The translations under genes and the position numbers were made by a program. A stretch of DNA of 64,000 nt from Chrysemys picta bellii (taxonomy: Eukaryota): NCBI RefSeq assembly GCF_011386835.1, contig NC_088794.1, positions 31,310,001 through 31,374,000 on the forward strand. Reading direction: 5' to 3'. Position 1 is the first letter of the stretch. Each line of letters starts with the position of its first letter. The notes under the pieces were generated by a model. That model searched no databases and was not told the origin of the DNA. It saw only the letters and a list, made by a program, of their open reading frames with translations. This document shows, piece by piece, positions 44,640 through 57,100 of this stretch.

Positions 44640-47600
44640 TCCAACACTGTTTATAGGCACCTACATAAACTGATCAATATTCAAAAGCATTGAGCAGCCA
44701 GCAGCTCCCATTCTACTTCAGTGACTAAATATGGATTTAGGAGCCTAACTTTAGGCACCTTTAAAAATATATATTAATGAACTACTTGTGAACTTACAAA
44801 CTAAACATTATTTCCCTGCAACAGGTATTTGCATTTCAGAAAATCATAGGGCTGCTCATGGAGAATTTGCTATGAATTATGTCTATCCAAAACAACTGTG
44901 CATACACTTACTGCCCCCTTATGGTGGCAGAGATACTACTGGTCACTGCCATAATAGCATTGTGTTGTAAATGATCAGTTCATCCTTTCCAATGAAAGAC
45001 ACTGTCCTCACAACTACGAGGAAAGTAAGCAGGAACTTCCCCAGGAAAAACAAAATCCACACACAGGAAAAATGTGATTGATTACAACAAATGATACACA
45101 ATAGAAAATAGCCCATTATATTCTCTCGTGATCCACTTGGATCCACGGCGTGATCTTGAGCCACATTGTGGAATGAAATGCCTATTTGATGGCTTTGAGA
45201 GCTATATGCATTGATAAGAAGCAGCATATGTCCCTGATATTCATACATATGAATGCACAAACCTAATCACAATACTAAAGCATCTAGAAACACCCAAACA
45301 GAGAATTAAAACATGGTTAGAAAAAATGGTTTAAACATTTGGTAAGAGGCAAGAAGAGCTGGAAAGCAAAACATGGAAAACACTAAGTCAGATTTGCAGT
45401 GCAGCAAATGGTCACATGCATGCAAAAATGTATGTGAAATTTGCATGTGCAGTTAGCACAACTGTAAACCTCAAGTCTGCATGCACAGTCTTTAACCGGG
45501 TAGGTAAATTTGGTATGTGGTTCTGCACCTGCAGTTCTGAAAATCTGGCTCAGATCAGGGTGTCACCTACTGGTTATAGCTGGGACCCACGGGAGTCAGG
45601 ATGCTTGGGTTTTTATTTGGGAGATGGCTGTATCTAGTTATTAGGGACTGTGAACCAGTAGTTCAGGTTTTATTCCCAAACTATTACTTGTCTTGCTGGG
45701 GACTCTGTGAATTACTTTATCCAGTAGGAAAAGTGAGTTAATACTTAACTACCTCCTACTTGTATTTGTGAAGGTAAGTTCATTCAGTGCTTTGAGATTC
45801 CTGGATGAAAGTGGCTACCGGTGTGTGCCAAGTATCAATACTTAACATGACACAGCAAACCAAAAGAGAATTTTCATACCACAAAAAGAAGCTCTTTCAA
45901 AATACAATGCTAGTTACAATGGTCAAAGCACAAAGACCCTCACCCACTATTCTATTAATGTGCTATAAAATGAATAAACTCTTTTCCAAGACAATGTCTC
46001 TCACTCCTTCACAAGAGCAGATATCTTCCATCCCCTCAGTGGTTTTTATACCCTATCCTACTCCAGTTGGAAAACTGGAATTCTTCAGCACCCGAATAGA
46101 ATTTTCAATCCACTCCAACATGATAGTTACACGACAGTACATCCAACATCATGCTGCACCAATAACCTTATATATTAAAGCAACAGTGCACTGATTAGGC
46201 TAATGTACAGCCAATATCAGTAATTAAATTGTCACATGCAGTAACATGGGATATTTATATGCTTTGGGTATGTTGTGGTAAATTCAGTGAAACACAGCTT
46301 CAGCTATCCTTCACATCACACAAAAATTCAGGTCTTAAACTCAGGTCATCAGAGCACACAGCACTATTAATAAGGGCAGGACTGCAGCATCCCAGCTAAA
46401 TTCAAACCTCTGTGATTGTATTCTGCATCCCTGAATTCCATAGACATTTCAGCTGGAAACAGCATTCATCTCCTCCTGTCCCAAAGAGTGTTCTGTGCAC
46501 TGTTAAACAGCCACCACATTCCACAACAGAGGTGGCTGCATTTCAGCGGTGAGCAATGCGATACCTATGTACCCCTTACGTGCCTTACTTAACGTTAGCA
46601 GAACTTGCTGAAACTCTGGGTAAAAGATGGTGCTATATGTGGGTATTATCATTTTGATTATTATTCAGCCACCCTCTTCCTCCACCCCCAAAAAATCATG
46701 TGCATCTCACAGCACAGTGACACGCTCTTCTTGCAAGTGTGTTATTGCTTTTATGAAGCGTTTTTGTTACAGCCTCAAACTGGCAATGCACAGCAAATCC
46801 AGTAGAGGGTGCAAGTGAATCAGCTTTGTGCAGAGATATTGAAAGGGAAGAAGTACTATGATGATACCTAATTCCTGGATTCAGGACAAATTGAAAATGG
46901 ACTCATTCCAATTACTGTAATCTCATCCAGCTGCCTGTTCAGCACCTCCCATCTTGAGATCTTCTCTGTTCCTTCCCTGCAGTTCTACGTAGTTGGAGTC
47001 ACTTATTCCTCCTGTGTTGCCCAATTTACCCAGAACTCCCAATCACTCCCACTTTAGCCTTGGACTGACATTAAACCAGAGGCATTAATCACATTGATAG
47101 CACCTCACGCCAAAACGACTTCCCCTCCCTGTCTTCAGTGGGACTCTCTGCTGAGGATTCAGCAGGGGGAAGTATGTCATAATTTGGCCCTTATTTATGG
47201 GCATCTTTATGGCACTCAGCTCCATGATCGGAGTGCCTCATAAATCTTAATGAATGTAATGATCCTGCACCATGGCAGTCAACGGAAATTTTGTCATTTG
47301 GTTCAATGGGAGCAGGAGAAGGCCCTTACTGCTCCCACGCCCAGTACCGGGTTTACCATGGCGCCGGGCCCAGAGTCAGAAGGGGCCCCGGCCAGCCCAG
47401 CCCGACTGTTTTGCGGGTGCCTCGGCAGAGGAGTTGTTTCATATGGATAGCCTGCGCACAGCTGTGATCAGCTGTTTGACGGGCAGGCTCAGATCTGTTT
47501 GGTGCCTCCCTGCTCTGGCAGGGGCTGAATGAGTCTCACAAAAAAAAGCCTTAGGGTTGGCTAACCCCTACCTAACAGGGAAACCAAGTCACAGAAGTGA

Positions 47601-48849
47601 AATGACAGGTCACAGGAAACTTCTGGTAGAGCCCCCTAATCCACCACTGCACCCACCCCTAGCCTAGCTGGGCTTCCTTGGGTCACCTGATGCCTGCTGT
47701 GGCTGGAGTCAAGCCTGGCTGGCAGAGAGCAACCATGCACATGGACGCCATGGCCATCAGCCCAAGAGCTATGGGGTGGTCCCAGGTGAGCAGGGGCTGG
47801 CTGTGTTGCTGCTGCTATTCTAGTGCCTGCTGTGCTCCCCTCAGTGTAGCTGAGGAAGTTGAGTGAACTGGTGATGAATGCTGCAGACAGTGGAGGCAGG
47901 AAGTAGAAAGGGACGGGACGGCAGCCTTCAGGTTAAAATATGGGACAGGAAGGCAGCATTAGAATAGCCCAGTGATTATTCCAGCTTTCCATTGCACATT
48001 CCAGCTCTTTGCAGACAAGCAACACTTCCCTGCACCCCTACAGGGATGGGAAGTATTGTCCCCAATTTACAGATGGGGAACTAGACAGAGAGAAAGTGAT
48101 TTGCCTGGGCTCACACAGAGAAGTCAGAACCAGGAATTGAACCCAAATCTCCTGACTCCTAGTCTTAGGTTTCTTGACCGTCATTGAGGGCAAGACCATG
48201 CAGGGGAAGGTCAGGCCAGTCTGACAACAAAATCTTTGTTCTCCCTCCCACTGCAAAGTAGCATCATCTTCAACAGGTTCTCACGGAGGCCCTTGCCAGC
48301 AAAGCACTTAAGTTTTGCTTAACTTTAAGCATTCCTGAAAACCGGTTGACGTCAATGGGCCGACCCAGGCCCTTAAAACGAAACCTGAGCTTAAGTGGTT
48401 TGCTCAATCAGGGCTTGAACGAGATGGACATTTTCAAGAAATTTGTCCAGCCCCAGCTCCAAGAGTCTTGGGTATCCTCTATGGCAAGAATAAGGCTAGA
48501 CAAAGGAGGCTGTAACCTGGATTTCTCTAGGGACACCAGGCCCTATCGTACATTAGGAAATTCCACAGAGAAGCCTAGGCCACTACACCACCGAACTTTG
48601 GATCCACATTGGGATTTTGCAACTCCGACCCATGTCTACTTGAACAATTCAGACATTTCAGCCACTGGCTTATTCCTATTGGTTCTCATTACAGAAAGTG
48701 CGTACATCAGTGTTAAAAGAAGTCCCTTCTCACTGTGAAGAATTTATGAATAGACCCATCTTATTAATGAATGAACTGATACACAGTCATTTCGTTGCCA
48801 GATCCAAGCAGGCAGCTTGCAAAAGCAGAACGCCTCCGCCCTAGTTTTT

Positions 48850-49466
48850 GGGTGTGTTTATACTGCAACTGGGAGAAAGTCTCCCAGTGCAGGCAGACAG
48901 ACTCATGCTAGCGGGGCTCGATTCAGGGTTGGAGCATCCACAGAAAAAAGATTAGTAGATGCCTAGCACCCACCAGCAGCCAGCTGCCCCCCCCCCCCTC
49001 CAGCGCCTCCCACCCACCGGCAGCCCTGATCAACTCCTCGCAGTGCCTCCCGCCCACCACGATCAGCTGTTCCACAGCGTGCAGGAAGCGCTGGGAGGGG
49101 GAGGAGCAGGTATGGGGTGCATTCAGGGAAGAGGGCAGAACTGGGTCTGAAGAGGTGGGGCAGGGGCAGAGCGGGGCAGTAAGAGCAGGGGTAGGCTCAT
49201 AGCAGAAGCAGGAAGAGGAGGGGTGGGTGCATGGGGCTGAGCAGCCCCGGGGAAAGGAAGAAGCCAACGCCTGTGCGAATCAGGGTGCTAAAATTAGCAG
49301 TGTGGACGTTCTAGCTCAGGCTCTCAAGCTCACCTGACCCCCGCTAAGCTTCAAAGCCTGAGACATCCACATTGCTACTTTTTAGCACAGTAACTCAAGC
49401 CCTGCTAGCAGGAGTCTGTCTGCCTGGGCTGAGAAACTCATGGTAGGCTACAATGTAGACATACCC
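48850..49466. mobile_element. PIF/Harbinger MITE with GC-rich internal segment
   Basis: TIRs GGGTGTGTTTATACT / AATGTAGACATACCC (11/15). Confidence 0.6.
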
Positions 49467-50302
49467 TTCTTTGAGGCCAGCCAGCCAGGCCTGATCAGTT
49501 TCATATTCTCAGTTTATACGTAGTGAGAATTGTGTCTGGCCACAGCATCCTGCAGATGGCTTAGTTCAGCAATTCCTGAAACCCAAGTTCATGCTAGAAG
49601 CAAAACGAAGATCCTGTTATTTCAAATAAATACAGCAGAGGGTGCTGGTTGTGTTGTCCAGAGTGCTCCTTATAGATACAAGTAGGATACCGGGCAGTAA
49701 GAGCTAATGAAGGACCCGGTGGGCGCGCTGTACATGGAAGACCCCCCCTCTGTTGGGCAGTGAGTCATTTGAAAGCTCTAGACTGAATGGTAATGATGCA
49801 GAGCTGCTTAATTTTGCATTAGCCACATTTGCTTATTTTCACATGCTGGGTGACTTGCTGCCAGAACGCGGCACTCTGGAGCGAACAAAGCGCAGCTAAG
49901 AAGAGAGTCAGCAGAAGGTCCTGCAGCGTGTCTCTAAGGGTATGTCTACACTACAAAACTAGATCAATTTTATAGAAGTGGATTTTTAGAAATCGATTTT
50001 ATACAGTCAATTGCATATGTCCCCACTAAGCGTATTAAGTCGGCGGAGTGGGTCCTCACTACTGCGGCTAGCATTGATTTACAGAGCGGTGCACTGCGGG
50101 TAGCTATCCCGTAGTCTCCACCGCCCATTGGAATTCAGGGCTAAGCTCCCAATGCCTAATGGGGCAAAAACATTGTTGCAGATGGTTTTGGGTACATGTT
50201 GTCAGTCACCCCTCCCTCCATGAAAGCAACGGCAGACAATCGTTTCGTGCCTTTTTTCCTGAGTTACCCGTGCAGATGCCATACCACGGCAAGCATGAGC
50301 AA

Positions 50303-50594
50303 CTGCAGAATGGCGGTAGAATGTGCCTTTGGACATTTAAAAGCTCACTGTCGCTGTTGGTCAGACCTCAGCACAACTACCATTCCCATTGTTATTGCTG
50401 CTTGCTGTGTGCTCCATAATATCTGTGAGAGTAAGGGGGAGACGTTTATGGCGGGGTGGGAGGTTGTGGCAAATCGCCTGGCATCCGATTTTGAGCAGTC
50501 AGACATCAGGGAGATTAGAAGAGCACAGCAAGGCGCGCTGCTCATCAGAGACACTTTGAAAACCAGTTTCATGACTGGCCAGGCTTCGGTGTGA
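50303..50594 (+). pseudogene. Harbinger DDE transposase C-terminal fragment (HARBI1-like)
   Basis: CRMAVECAFGHLKAH..IPIVIAACCVLHNICE, matching the Harbinger RxxVExxFGxLKxRF/W and ACCVLHN motifs. N-terminal catalytic part absent. Confidence 0.88.
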
Positions 50595-50898
50595 CAGTTG
50601 TGTGTGTTTCTCCTTGATGCAAACCTGCCCCCTTTGTTGCTTTTAATTCCCTGTAAGCCAACCACCCTCCCTGCTTTGAAATAAAGTAACTATTGTTTTG
50701 AAACCATGCATTCTTTCTTTATTAATGTAAAAATATGAGATAAAACGGACAAAGTAGCCCAGGTGGGGTGAGGGAGGAGGGAAAGACAAGGCCACATTGC
50801 TTATTGTAGCCACACTAAAAATCAAACTATTTGAATGACAGCCTTCTGTTGCTTGGACCATCCTCTGGAGTGGAGTGGCTGGGTGCCCGGAGCCTCCC

Positions 50899-51201
50899 CT
50901 ATCCTGCGTTCTTGGGCGTCTGGGTGAGGAGGCTATGGAACATGGGGAGGCGGTTATACAGTGGATGCAGTGGGGATTTGTGCTCTTGGTGCCTTTCCTG
51001 CAGCTCCAACAGATGCTTCATCATGTCCAGTTGCTCCCCCATTAGCTTCAGCATCGCGTCCTGCCTCTGCTCTTCATGCTCACTTAATTCTTTCCTGGCC
51101 TCTGCCACTGAATGCCTCCATGCCTTAAGCTGTGCCCTGTCAGTGCAGGAGGACTGCATGAGCTCGGAAAACAGGTCATCGCAAGTGTGTTTTTTTCCCA
51201 C
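50899..51201 (-). pseudogene. Remnant of the Harbinger accessory (Myb/SANT-type) ORF, coiled-coil 3' part
   Basis: KKHTCDDLFSELMQSSCTDRAQLKAWRHSVAEARKEL..RQDAMLKLMGEQ, convergent with the transposase as in autonomous Harbingers. Confidence 0.7.
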
Positions 51202-53174
51202 CTTCTAATCTGCGATAAACTCAGGGACAGAGATGATAGGGGGAGCGTAGAAACATTCTATACTCTACGATTCTGGGGGGACTGCATGGTCACCTGTGCT
51301 GCTGAGTTCACCATGCTGACCCAACAGGAAATGAAATTCAAAAGTTCCCAGAGCTTTTCCTGTGTACCTGGCTAATGCATCAGAGTTCAAAGTGCTGTCC
51401 AGAGCGGTCACACTGGAGCACTCTGGGATAGCTTCCGGAGGGGATATTTGCACTCTTGTCTTACTCACCTTTAAGACTGTCAGTAGAGAAGTGGGGGGGG
51501 GGGGGAAAGGGGGGGGGAACTGGAAGACCTGTGTAAGTCATTTCCAGCTCCAAGTTCCTCGGAGTCAGATTCTGAGTACCTTATTTACACAGAGCAGTCC
51601 CTTACTCTAGGAGTAGCTCAAATGAACCCAGCTGGGTGCAAGTAAAATCAAGCACAATTTACTAAGAGTTAAAGGCAAAAGAATATGGCCCCATGATTCT
51701 ACTCTGTGGTTCAGCCAGCAGTTACTCTCTCCCCTAGCACTCCCTTTACAAGGTGTGGGGGTAATTCTCATTTACCAGAAGGCCCCTTCACACTGCTCTA
51801 GCGGCATAAGTTCACAGCCACTTTATGGTCCCTTTCCATTGCCAGAGCATTATGAAGGAGTCCTCTTAGGGTATGTCCATGCAGCAGCTATGAGTAGTTC
51901 CCAGCTCAGGTGTGTACACACAAGTACGTACCCCAGGGGTCAGGCGGGATTATACTCAGGCAGCCAGCCTATGCCACTGCAGCCCCATTGCTATTCTCAG
52001 GCACAAATTCAAGCTGAGCTGGTGCATGTAGCCGAGCTGTGACTCTCGCCTCCCAGCTGCTGCATAGCTGTACCCTTAGTGTGAACAAGAATGCTCTCTG
52101 GTGGAGATGCGGTTTTGAGATATCTTCCTGGGAGGTTTGTACTGATGGAAGCCATGATACAGTGGAGAAAGTGGTTCGGTTGTGAGCTTAGAAAGAGAGA
52201 AACTGCCGCCCTTTGCCTGTAGCAGGAGAACTCCACACTTCTGCAAAGCTATGACAGAGCAACACAGGAATGAGCCCAGCCGTTGCCAGACAGGGTCACT
52301 CTGACCCTCACACTAAGTTTTAGTTCCTCATTACTCTGCTAGTGTGTTCTGTAAAACTTTGCATTGTTCGTTTGGTTCCAGTGAAACCACTCTATACCCA
52401 GTATCAGGAGATAGCCATGTTAGTCTGTATCCGTCTCACTCTATACCAGTTTGCCTCAGAGTAGTTGTGGAGCCTAGCTCCTGCCAGGGGGTAAGCAGTT
52501 GCCCTGATGCCAGGGGGTGTTATGGCAGAGAGTATGGCACTGCAGAGGTCTGCACTTCTAAAACCCCTGTTGATTTTCAGTAGGACTCTGGGACAGCCAG
52601 AGGGCTGAGTTGTGGATGGACTCAGGCTAAGTCCCACCTGATCTAGACCCCTTCCAGGGTAACAAAGGTACAAATGAAAGTCCTAAAACAAGAGGCCACG
52701 TTCCTTCACGTTCCATCTTCAGCCCCACCTGAACACACAATAGCCCTTACATCAGACTTGCACACCCCTTCCTCAGGGCTGGCAGGGGGAATAGGCCCAC
52801 CCTCTGCTCCAGGCCAGGGACCCTGTATTAAGCAGTGAGGCCTACTCCTTCAGATACACAGCTGTTTCCCTGGGCCACTTTCTACCCCTAAGCCTCTTTG
52901 TGCTGCTTCTTCACAGCCTCTCCCCTAGCTCCTCCCACCTTCTCTGGAATGCCAACTCCTCTGGAGCACATCTCTCTAGCTTTCCAGTACCCACCATAGG
53001 GTGGCCTTCTTCAGCCAGTAGAACCTATCTACAGCCTCACCAGTCTCCCTCTTCATGTAGTCTGTCCTGACTTTCACAGCTGGGATCACTAAGTATAATT
53101 AAGCTGCCAAATCAGAACCAACTGGGGGATAGCTGCTAGGCCACAGGCCAGGGTGAGTGACTCCTTATAAAGGG

Positions 53175-53703
53175 ACAAGGTGGGTAAGGACATATCTTTG
53201 ATTGGACCCACTTCTGCTGGTGAGAGACAGGGCCGGCTCTAACTTTTTTGCTGCCCCAAGCAGCAAAAAAAAGCGCTGCCCCCCGCCGAGTGCCGCACCG
53301 CCACCCCCCCCAGCGCCACGCCCCGCGACCCCCGCCCCGCACCGCCCCCCCGCCGGAGCCCGCCCCTCCCCCGCCGAGCGCCGCCGGAACCACCCCCCCC
53401 GGAGCGCCGAGCCCCGCGCCGCCGGAGCTTGCCCCTGCTGCCGGAACACACCCGGCCCCGAGCGCCGTGCCGAGCGCCGTGCCCTGCACCGCCCCCCCGC
53501 CAGAGCGCCTCCCCCGCGGAATGCCGCGCCGCGCTCCCCCCGCCGCCCCTTACCAGGTGCCACCCCAAGCATGTGCTTGGGTGCCTAGTGCCTGGAGCCA
53601 GCCCTGGTGAGAGAGACAAGAAGAACTCTGTGTGCCTTGAAAGCTTGTCTCTCTCACCAACAGAAGTGGGTCCAATCAAAGATATGACCTCAACTACCTT
53701 GTT
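53175..53703. mobile_element. Penelope-like inverted-repeat insertion interrupted by a hAT MITE
   Basis: Removing the MITE restores a 43-bp arm (53191-53227 plus 53607-53620, counting the TSD once) complementary to 53644-53686 with one mismatch and a 23-nt spacer. Confidence 0.7.
53228..53606 (+). mobile_element. GC-rich hAT MITE
   Basis: CAGGGCCGGCTC...GAGCCAGCCCTG termini, perfect TSD GTGAGAGA. Confidence 0.93.
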
Positions 53704-53860
53704 GCTCTAATATCCTGGGACTGACACGGCTCAACCGACATTTCCTTTAAAAGAGTCGGTCAGCCTGGTAAAAAAGGGCAGAAAGGACACTCCTGGGGAA
53801 CCCCTGTTCATTTTAGGCCCAATCCAAAGCCCACTGAAATCTATGGAAAGATTCCCAGAG

Positions 53861-54145
53861 CAGTGTTGCCAGCTCTTATGATTTTATCGCAAGTCTCATG
53901 AGGTTTGTGTTTTTCCTTAAAGCCTCAGCTTCTGGAGTCACATGATTAAGGGAGAATGCCAGCTTTAATTAAAAAAAAGTTTCTAGCCTTCGTGGTTGCA
54001 GAGGAAAGCTTAGAAATGTGACCAAAGTGCACCCTAAAGGCTAAACAACCCCCCCCCCCCACCACCACCAATTTTTTTTTAAAGTCATGATTTGGGGGGT
54101 GGGGGTTGACTCATGTTTTTTTAAGGCTAGGGGTTGGTAACACTG
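53861..54145. mobile_element. hAT-type MITE
   Basis: CAGTGTTGCCAGC...GGTTGGTAACACTG termini; no TSD recognised. Confidence 0.65.
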
Positions 54146-57100
54146 CACTGACTTAGACAGGGTTTGGTTCAGCTCCTTAAAATACTGGCTCCATCTGTCA
54201 AGGCCTTTTAAGCAGTATCACAAAATGAAGCTCTCCTATGGAAAAAACAAGGGTGGCTCAGAAGACTGAGGCAGCTGTGCAAAATTACTCTTGTGAGAGA
54301 GGCAAAGAAAACCTGCTTCATTTCCCATCCTCATCTTGGTAAAGGAAAGGCAGATTGATTCTGTGCCTGGACTGGTAAATTCTGGAAGGCTGGGCTAAGG
54401 GAATTCCAAATATGGGATACTCTCCTTTCACAAGAGTGTGTCAAAGCAGGAAGGGGGAAGAATTCAGGACCTATAGATTTTCAGGGCCATTGGGGACATT
54501 CTCAAAAGGTGCCTAGAGAGATGTAGGGGCACAAGTCAGATTGCCTTTCAATGGGACTTGTGCTCCTAAATCCCTTAGACACTTTGGAAAAGTCCACCCC
54601 ATATCCTCACCCTCTCCCCCCCTACCCCCAGTGCACCTGAAGAGGGGTGGGGCAGAGGTGGCTTTCCACTGTCCTTCGGCACCATCCAAGGCCCTGATTA
54701 GGTTTTATTGCCAAATAAGATCTCCTCTGCCAGGAAAGTGTAAACAAGAAGACAGAAGGATTAGTTGAGGGTCAGTGACATTAGGAGCATGAAGTATCAT
54801 AACAGGAAGCTAGCAGTGTCAGAACCACAGGCAGAGTTTCAGGCCAAAAGGGCCTACCAGATCGCCTACTCTGACCTTCTGTGTATCAATGACCTTGCAC
54901 CCACACACTAAACCCAACAACCGGAATTGGCCAATGTTACCAACACTCCCAATGGCCAGGAAGCAATTTTAGCTCCTGTTTGAACAAGTGTGGTAAGACA
55001 CCCTCCTATTGGTTGCCTTCCCTGTCTCCTGGGGAAGAGCAGCCAATCAGAATGCTGCAGGGGGCAGGCAGAGCTCTCCCCACACCCCCTCCCCAAAAAA
55101 CTCCATCCCCTGAAATGATGGAAGAGAAGAAGCAGCCTTCACATGATTTTGGGGGGGGGGGGGAAGAGCAGAAGGAGCCCCACAGCTCAGAGTGGCTCTG
55201 CTTCCCCCGCCCCTCCTGTGAAGTGAGTCATCTCCTCGGCTCTTCCACCCTCCCCTCCCCATCCCTGCAACACCACAACTGGGTGAGGGGAAGTGAAGAA
55301 CTCCTGAGAGGCTCTCCCAGGTCTGGGAATGCAAGGGGGAGGGGAAATGCAAGAGGAGCAGAGATGCTATGGGGGTAGAATTGATGGGAGGGTTGGGGGG
55401 GCATAATTGCTGGGATGGGCAGATGTGGGGCACAGGCTTAAATCAGAATTTGGGGGTTTGGGAAGAAGCTGGAAGCACCACAGTATTTCACATAGACGTG
55501 TGTAATTTGGTCTCAACTGGGTCTCCCAGCAAGAGCTCCTATAGTATGGCCAAAGTACCGAAGTCATAGAGTACAGTGAGCGTTGGCAACCCTCAGACAC
55601 GAGAGGAAGGCAGTTCACAACTCAGAAGACAGACCGCCAAAAAACACAAAAATCTGATGGCTTTTGCGGCTGACTCATAACTTTTGGAGTTGGCAATACT
55701 GAACCAGTCACATTAACTATGGAGAGATGGTTCTCCCTCCCCGATGAGGCAATTCAGAAGTGCAAGGGATTCCCCTTGTTACTGCCTCAGCCTAAAAACA
55801 GATAAAGAAACTGTGGAAGTGGTTTCTACCAGGGCCAAAAAGTCTGAACAGAGAGAAGCACTTCAAAGGAGACTAAATTTTAAATATAAAAATACCTCAC
55901 TCCAGCAAATTTCCAGGGTTCTGGTGCTTTAACCAAAACAACAACCTGAGCAAAGGTCTTTGTAAAGCAGGAGGAAAGAATGCAGTGGCCAGTCAGTAAA
56001 CTTCCAAACCAGCCAACAAACTGTCAGTTGAATTGACCAAGAAGCAAAGTGCCAGCACCTTGTCCGTGCTATTGCTCCCAGAAGGACTAGTGCTGATTCC
56101 ACTGAACTCCAAGGAGCCCTGATGGGAATTTTCTTTCTAAAATTCCCTGGTGTAAACAAGGTGAGAGGTGTAGGCAGGGCTGTAAAAATGTTTGCTGAGC
56201 AGGGTTTGCACAGTGAAAAAAATAACCATGTGTGAGTGGGGGAATGTGTGTGTGTGTGGTAAATGACTGCATGGAGTCCTGCCTCCCTGCTATGTCTGAA
56301 TGACAGCTGATGCCTTCAGCATTTCAGAGACTCTCCATGTGCCCTGGATCTTGCATCATGGGGCAGTGTGAGCTGTGTGTGATGCAAACCCCAGAGCACA
56401 GAGAGAACAGCTGAAAGGCTTCTGCTGCCATTCAGACAAGCTGTTGGAGGGGATGGATCCTGTTTATTTGCTGCCAGGGAGCAGAGCTGCAGACGAAACA
56501 GGTCCACATTGTAAATGGGAAGTTTTCTGTGATCTGTTTTTGGAAGTCTACTTACAAGCTCACTTCACTGAAGCTGGGGCAAGGAGGTATAAGTTACACC
56601 AGCTGGGCCGTCTAGGCTTATGTGGATGGGTGGACACCATTTGTAAACAGGGGGTCACTCCACCTGTCCCACACTGGAGTTTCCACTAGGTAGGGGCACC
56701 GTTAATATTGGCTCCATAGCAGCCACAGTTGGTTGGGCTACGCTGAATCAGTGCTTACCCTGGCTGCAGCCCTCCTCAGCGAGCACTGCCCCCTCTTTGG
56801 GCTACACAGGTCTCCTACAGCTGTAGGATACAGGTCTCAGTCTCCCCTGGTAGAGATGATGCAGCCACTTACTATCACTGCAGTCTCCCTTCTGGCAAGC
56901 CTTCCATCTCAGGGACCCAGTTAATGCCAGCTTCCCGGGGAGCACACCGGCCCTTTAAAGTATAGGGGGGGGGATGTATTGTTGCCAAGACATTCTCGGT
57001 CTCATTTGCTTACACCTGTTGGAGTCAGATGTACTTGGCACGGTCTCTCCTGAGTTCCAGGCAGCATTGCAGAGACAGTGAGCTGGCCAACACCCCAGTG

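Larger units (their letters stand above)
49938..51440 (+). mobile_element. Internally deleted, right-truncated PIF/Harbinger transposon
   Basis: TAA|GGGTATGTCTACACT left TIR, then a transposase C-terminus and a convergent accessory ORF remnant. Right TIR not found. Confidence 0.88.

Noticed and set aside
45805-46194. 129-aa ORF, and the 130-aa ORF at 48346-48738
   Set aside because: No motifs or flanking splice structure; lengths are compatible with chance in 64 kb.
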